DNA of 37,383 nt from Hydrurus foetidus (taxonomy: Eukaryota), in assembly GCA_900617105.1 (NCBI GenBank), contig UYFQ01000843.1, positions 62,001 through 99,383 on the forward strand, read 5' to 3'. The notes under the pieces were generated by a model, which worked only from the letters and a program-made list of their open reading frames with translations, had not been told where the DNA came from and did no database searches. Shown one piece after another: positions 32,880 to 37,383 of this stretch (positions are counted from its first letter, which is position 1; each line of letters begins with the position of its first letter). The position numbers were made by a program, and so were the translations under genes.

Positions 32880-34006
32880 TTTGATGATTTCCTTCGTGAA
32901 AAGTGATTTTTACATACTCTGTATTTGCTGTTGTACAACGCCATCAGCAGGGCATTAGCTGCTCTTCGGCACCATACTGTACCATACTTCGGTACCGTAT
33001 ACTACCATACTCCTTACTGTAGAAAATTTAAATTACAGAGAGAATGTAGAAATAGGCAGCATCGCTAAAAATGCAAGGTGAATGAGATACTAGTTGATGA
33101 TAGCGTGGAATGCATTTGGCGAGTTCGCGATGTCTCGCCAATCATCGTGACCACTTGCTGTAATGATCACGGTGACTCTGATCCAGGGTCCAGAAAAATT
33201 AGGTCCAGGGTTCGGATGGCCCCAAAGGGGAAGATCGGCAGAATGCTCGCCAGCGTCCATGCACAACGGTGTGTGACGATGTTTGGGTGCGGAAGTGCTA
33301 CACTATTTGATACATGATAAATGTTTGAATGCTACTGTAATGCAACGCAACTGTCGGGTCGTGCATAAATATGCTACAGTCGACTGACAATAAGTGCTAC
33401 AGGCATGTATGGTACCGTCTTAGCGACGTCTGCTGTAGGAAATTATGTGAATATCTGAAACATATAAGATATATGTTGCAGTGCACAGATATTGTGAGTA
33501 CCTCTCTGATTCCTGTGGAGGTTACAACGCTGATTATACCGTCATCGCAGTAGTAAACGATTGAAAAAGTGACCAAAAGGAGCGGTTTGCCGGGAGAGTC
33601 TACGTATAATCACAGCATAACATTTTTGGATCAAGTTTAGTCTCCGTGACAGGATTATTGATGCATCTTGTCCGCCTAGTCCGTATTAAGACCGTTCCTG
33701 ATCACGACTACTGCTTAACAACTTGCTCTGTTCTCCGTGTGTCGCTATCGCAGTTAGCTTTTTGATCAAACATTTCTTGAAACTTCGAGTTTGACTCGAT
33801 AACGCATATTCCACTTCGGTGATTGCAAGAGCATTTCTACATTCTCTCTGTAATTTAAATTTTCTACAGTAAGGAGTATGGTAGTATACGGTACCGAAGT
33901 ATGGTACAGTATGGTGCCGAAGAGCAGCTAATGCCCTGCTGATGGCGTTGTACAACAGCAAATACAGAGTATGTAAAAATCACTTTTCACGAAGGAAATC
34001 ATCAAA

Positions 34007-34124
34007 TCCTGGCTAGTATATCGGTCAGTATAGCAGTACACACAGCACTAATACCCGCCTGTCATTGGCGAAATCCTCCGTCATCTGAACGCGGGAGAGC
34101 GGGGTTCGACTCCCCGGCTAGGAG
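34007..34124 (+). tRNA. trnD-GTC: tRNA-Asp(GTC) with two introns (34032-34052; 34065-34089)
   Basis: Exons 34007-34031, 34053-34064, 34090-34124 give the same 72-nt mature sequence as the left copy; one substitution in intron 2 (34086 vs 27494). Confidence 0.92.
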
Positions 34125-34127
34125 AAG

Positions 34128-34131
34128 TTTT
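34128..34131 (+). terminator. Putative Pol III terminator (T4) of the right tRNA-Asp
   Basis: GGAG-AAG-TTTT; a T5 run follows about 15 nt later. Confidence 0.65.
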
Positions 34132-35149
34132 ATTCCCTGAGAGGCCTTTTTGATAGACAATTTCTACTTACTGGCACTCTTGTTGCCCACTTTGTTTCCA
34201 GACATACATGTTTTCGTGAGCAAAGACGTCAAAAGAATCGAAGCTCATTCCAAAAGAGGCCCTTCGTTATCTTGCACCGAAAACACACCTCTCAGCACTG
34301 GCAAATCATATCATCTTCGTGGATCACTACGGTATAGTATACATTTTGTTGTGAGGCACTCTGCCCACGCTCATTGAGTCAGCTGCAAGGCATGTAGCTG
34401 ACTTGTTCGGTGACAATTTAACACGTATTCTCGGCTTTGATATCTAACTTTCTCGCATTTCACCCAAAGGAGCGAGTGTTGAAAGCACTTGACCCAGCTT
34501 CATCAGAACATGACATAGGAATCAAGCGGCAATCTAATTCGAATGTGTCTGGAATTAGTCATTTGTATGCCAACAAAAAATTTCCAACAAAACTTCTAGA
34601 AATTTCCAACAATTTGTGTTTAACTTGAAGGAACTGCTTTCATCTAGTTTACACACGAAAATAATCTTTGATCAATGAGCGATGAGTGTTGCTGACTGCT
34701 TGTCTGTAACACAGCGCAGCAGAGTGACTTCGATAAATCAAACCATACAGAACGCAAAACAGAACATCTCGAATAAATAAATGCACTCCTTCCGGAGGTG
34801 ATGATGTGGGTTAGAAGTGGGTCATTAACCAGGTAATAGAATGAGCAGCGACAGGCATAATTGCCGCAAAGACGCAATACGTGGTGTATGATACATTACA
34901 ACACAGCACGGCACAGTCGGTATAGAGCAACACAGTGCAGTAGAGTGTGTCGCGGAATAGAACAGTGTAGAACGCAGATAAGGAGACGAAAAAAATTAAG
35001 AAAAATAAAGGCTGTGGAGTGCAGCGTTGTTTGATGCATTGACTTATCGGGCAGGTAGTGCCGCAATAAACAGTATTGAATAATACAGAACAGTGCACTC
35101 TTGTGCGATGCAATCTAATTTAATGGAATATAGTACAACAAATTTTAAA

Positions 35150-35562
35150 CAGTACAGTACAGTACAGTACAGTACAGTACAGTACAGTACAAGTACAGTT
35201 ACGAAAGTACAGTGCAGTTCGTTACAGTACAGTGCAGTGCACTTACTGCACTGCACTGTAGGTTACGGTACGGTACGGTACGGTCCGGTACAGTACGGTA
35301 CAGTACAGTACAGTACAGTACAGTACAGTACAGTACAGTACAGTACAGTACAGTACAGTACAGTACAGTACAGTACAGTACAGTACAGTACAGTACAGTA
35401 CAGTACAGTACAGTACAGAGTACAGTACAGTACAGTACAGTACAGTACAGTACAGTACAGTACAGTACAGTACAGTACAGTACAGTACAGTACAGTACAG
35501 TACAGTACAGTACAGTACAGTACAGTACAGTACAGTACAGTACAGTACAGTACAGTACAGTA
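35150..35562. repeat. (CAGTA)n pentanucleotide microsatellite
   Basis: Long, nearly pure CAGTA run from about 35300 to 35562, with degenerate CAGTG/CGGTA copies upstream. Confidence 0.97.
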
Positions 35563-36644
35563 AAGTCAAACACTACATGATAATATGCAATCTAATGCAG
35601 TGCAGTAAAGTGGATGATTGGGTAGTAAATCTGAGGACTTTTGTCGATAATCTAGTATGGCGATTTATGGTTTAAGTATTGTGAGGGCGATGTTACAATG
35701 AAATTGACTTTCTACGCGATCCAGCGGAACAATTGCTTGCAAGATGGCATGGCATAACGTGCAGATGGAAGTATAGGATAAGCCGAGGTGTGATATACCT
35801 TACGACACTAGTCGGACTCACAGAATGCAGGTGAGCTCAGACGACATAAAACGAATTGGGAAAGACGTTGGTATAGATCAGGATTATGGATCAGGTGATC
35901 TCAAGGAGGAGTAGATGATTACGCGTGTCAAGACGACTGATGATATTCTCATAGATGTCTTGAGGGATAGACGGGGTGGGGTGTTGCACCGCGATGTGTA
36001 TGATGGTATGTTGTGTTGTATTGAATTGTGTTACAATAATGCATCTCATATCACATTTTCTCCCCTCATCTCTTTTCATCTCGTCTCCTCTCATCTCCTC
36101 TCTTTTTTTTCCTGGTGCTTCTAGTCAGCTTCTCCCTCTCAGATGCCCTCTTTCTATACCTGTCCCCGTCCCTTTCTTTTTCTTCCTTTCCTTCTCTTCA
36201 TTTCTCTCCCTTTCCCCTTCCTTGTCCTTCCCCCTCTCCCCATGTTATTGTTTCATGAGATTTCTTATTGACAGTCTGACTATCTATAAAGCACCATTAT
36301 TCAGTCATTAATTTATCTTCGTATAATGTACTGGATTTAATTTGCGATCTTCTCATCCCATCTCACTCCACTTCTCGCTTTCTGCGATGCATGATGCAAT
36401 GTTCCGCTATGCCGTGCTGATGAGCTGCACCGCATGATGTACTGTGCTGTCCTGCTATGCTATGCTATGATATGCTATGCCTCTTATTCACGTTTTGTTC
36501 TCAGCATCAACGTGGAATCTTCGTCTCCTCCATGACGAAAGGTCAATAAAGTTCTATCAATTCACTCTATTTTCTTTCGCTCCCTCTCGTTTTACCTCAA
36601 TTTATTACATTTTGTTTTACTCTTTCTATCACATTTTTTAATCA

Positions 36645-37383
36645 TTATTTGGAAGTGAGTGGTCGATAGTTCTTCCAGTCGCTGGGAGCATCGAAATCGA
36701 ACTCGTTCATGTACTTCAGCAGAGCGACAGAAGGGCCGTCACCACCTTCGACATCATGATGTGACGGAAGAAAAGAGAGGAAAAGAGGAAAGATTCGACA
36801 TCATGATGTGATGGAAGAAAAGAGAGGAAAAGAGGAAAGATTCGACATCATGATGTGATGGAAGAAAAGAGAGGAAAAGAGGAGAGATTCGATATCATGA
36901 TGTGATGGAAGGTTGGAGGAATGAAAAAGAGAAGATAGGAGGGGAGGGGAAGGGAGAAGAGAGGAAGAGTTGCAGGGAGGAGTATGGAGGAAAGGTTCCG
37001 ACAGGCAAGAAGAAAAGCTTTTTATGCTGACGGTGTCACACGCAGTCCATGTGTATTCAGTATTTCAGTTGCTGCTAAAGTTCCATGCAATACAGTTTAT
37101 TGCCTCTTGTGTCTACAACTTACTCCTACTAATTGCCTATCTATTTTACTGCATTGTAGAACACAGCGATGCGTTGTTTTGTAGTGCAGTATAGCATGAT
37201 CTCATCCAATTGAAGTTAATTGAATTGGACTGCATATCATTTCATTGTACTCATAGCATAGCGTAGCATAGCATAGCATAGCATTGCATTGCATTGCATG
37301 CATAATATTGATTTCGTTGTCTGCTTTGATTATCGCTTCGCCTAGGTACGTACCTATGCTGGGAAACTTCTCTGCCATTTGTT
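36645..37383 (-). CDS. 3' end of an unknown gene entering from beyond the window
   Basis: Exons 37383-37354 and 36745-36645 join in frame: QMAEKFPSIGGDGPSVALLKYMNEFDFDAPSDWKNYRPLTSK*. Confidence 0.45.
36747..36911. repeat. 47-bp minisatellite, about 3.5 copies
   Basis: Unit TTCGACATCATGATGTGATGGAAGAAAAGAGAGGAAAAGAGGAAAGA starts at 36747, 36794, 36841 and 36888. Confidence 0.9.

Larger units (their letters stand above)
27485..33053. repeat. Tandem array of a 1061-bp unit, about 5.25 copies
   Basis: Units start at 27485, 28546, 29607, 30669, 31730 and 32791 (last one partial, 263 bp). Near identical; the third unit is 1062 bp. Confidence 0.97.
33153..34533. repeat. Right arm of the 1381-bp inverted repeat
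   Basis: Reverse complement of 27047-28427. Confidence 0.95.

Noticed and set aside
27485..33053. CRISPR-like or rDNA/5S array
   Set aside because: Units are about 1 kb and near identical with no unique spacers; no rRNA motifs recognised.
33116..33141. 8-bp hairpin TTGGCGAG/CTCGCCAA in the 99-bp unique spacer, partly matching tRNA intron 2
   Set aside because: Too short to distinguish from chance.
27619..33961. Repeated 91-aa (MLLYNAISR...) and 60-aa (MLQSTDNK...) ORFs in the array and arms
   Set aside because: They recur only because the DNA is duplicated. No recognisable domain, and the 91-aa ORF starts at TTG.
27047..34533. Autonomous foldback or TIR transposon
   Set aside because: No transposase ORF or target-site duplication, and the arm ends fade out rather than stop sharply.

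Overview
Intron-rich, microsatellite-rich eukaryotic nuclear DNA, probably a stramenopile (inferred from the CCT protein N-terminus and gene style; not verified). The left 26.6 kb holds spliced genes reconstructed by hand: an unknown membrane protein, YIPF5/Yip1, RPS25, a divergent EF-hand protein, a 3xCCCH zinc-finger protein, an intronless DUF6940-like protein, a CCT-domain protein and RPL30. The unusual part is 27047-34533. It is a large palindrome with two 1381-bp near-identical arms, each carrying an outward-facing tRNA-Asp(GTC) gene with two introns: a canonical one at 37/38 and a non-canonical one at about 25/26 with bulge-helix-bulge-like geometry, leaving a 12-nt middle exon. The arms enclose about 5.25 tandem copies of a 1061-bp unit, which supply five 3'-truncated tRNA-Asp copies that stop exactly at nt 43 and are fused to a 118-bp linker. 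Most short ORFs in the supplied track are repeat or antisense artefacts.
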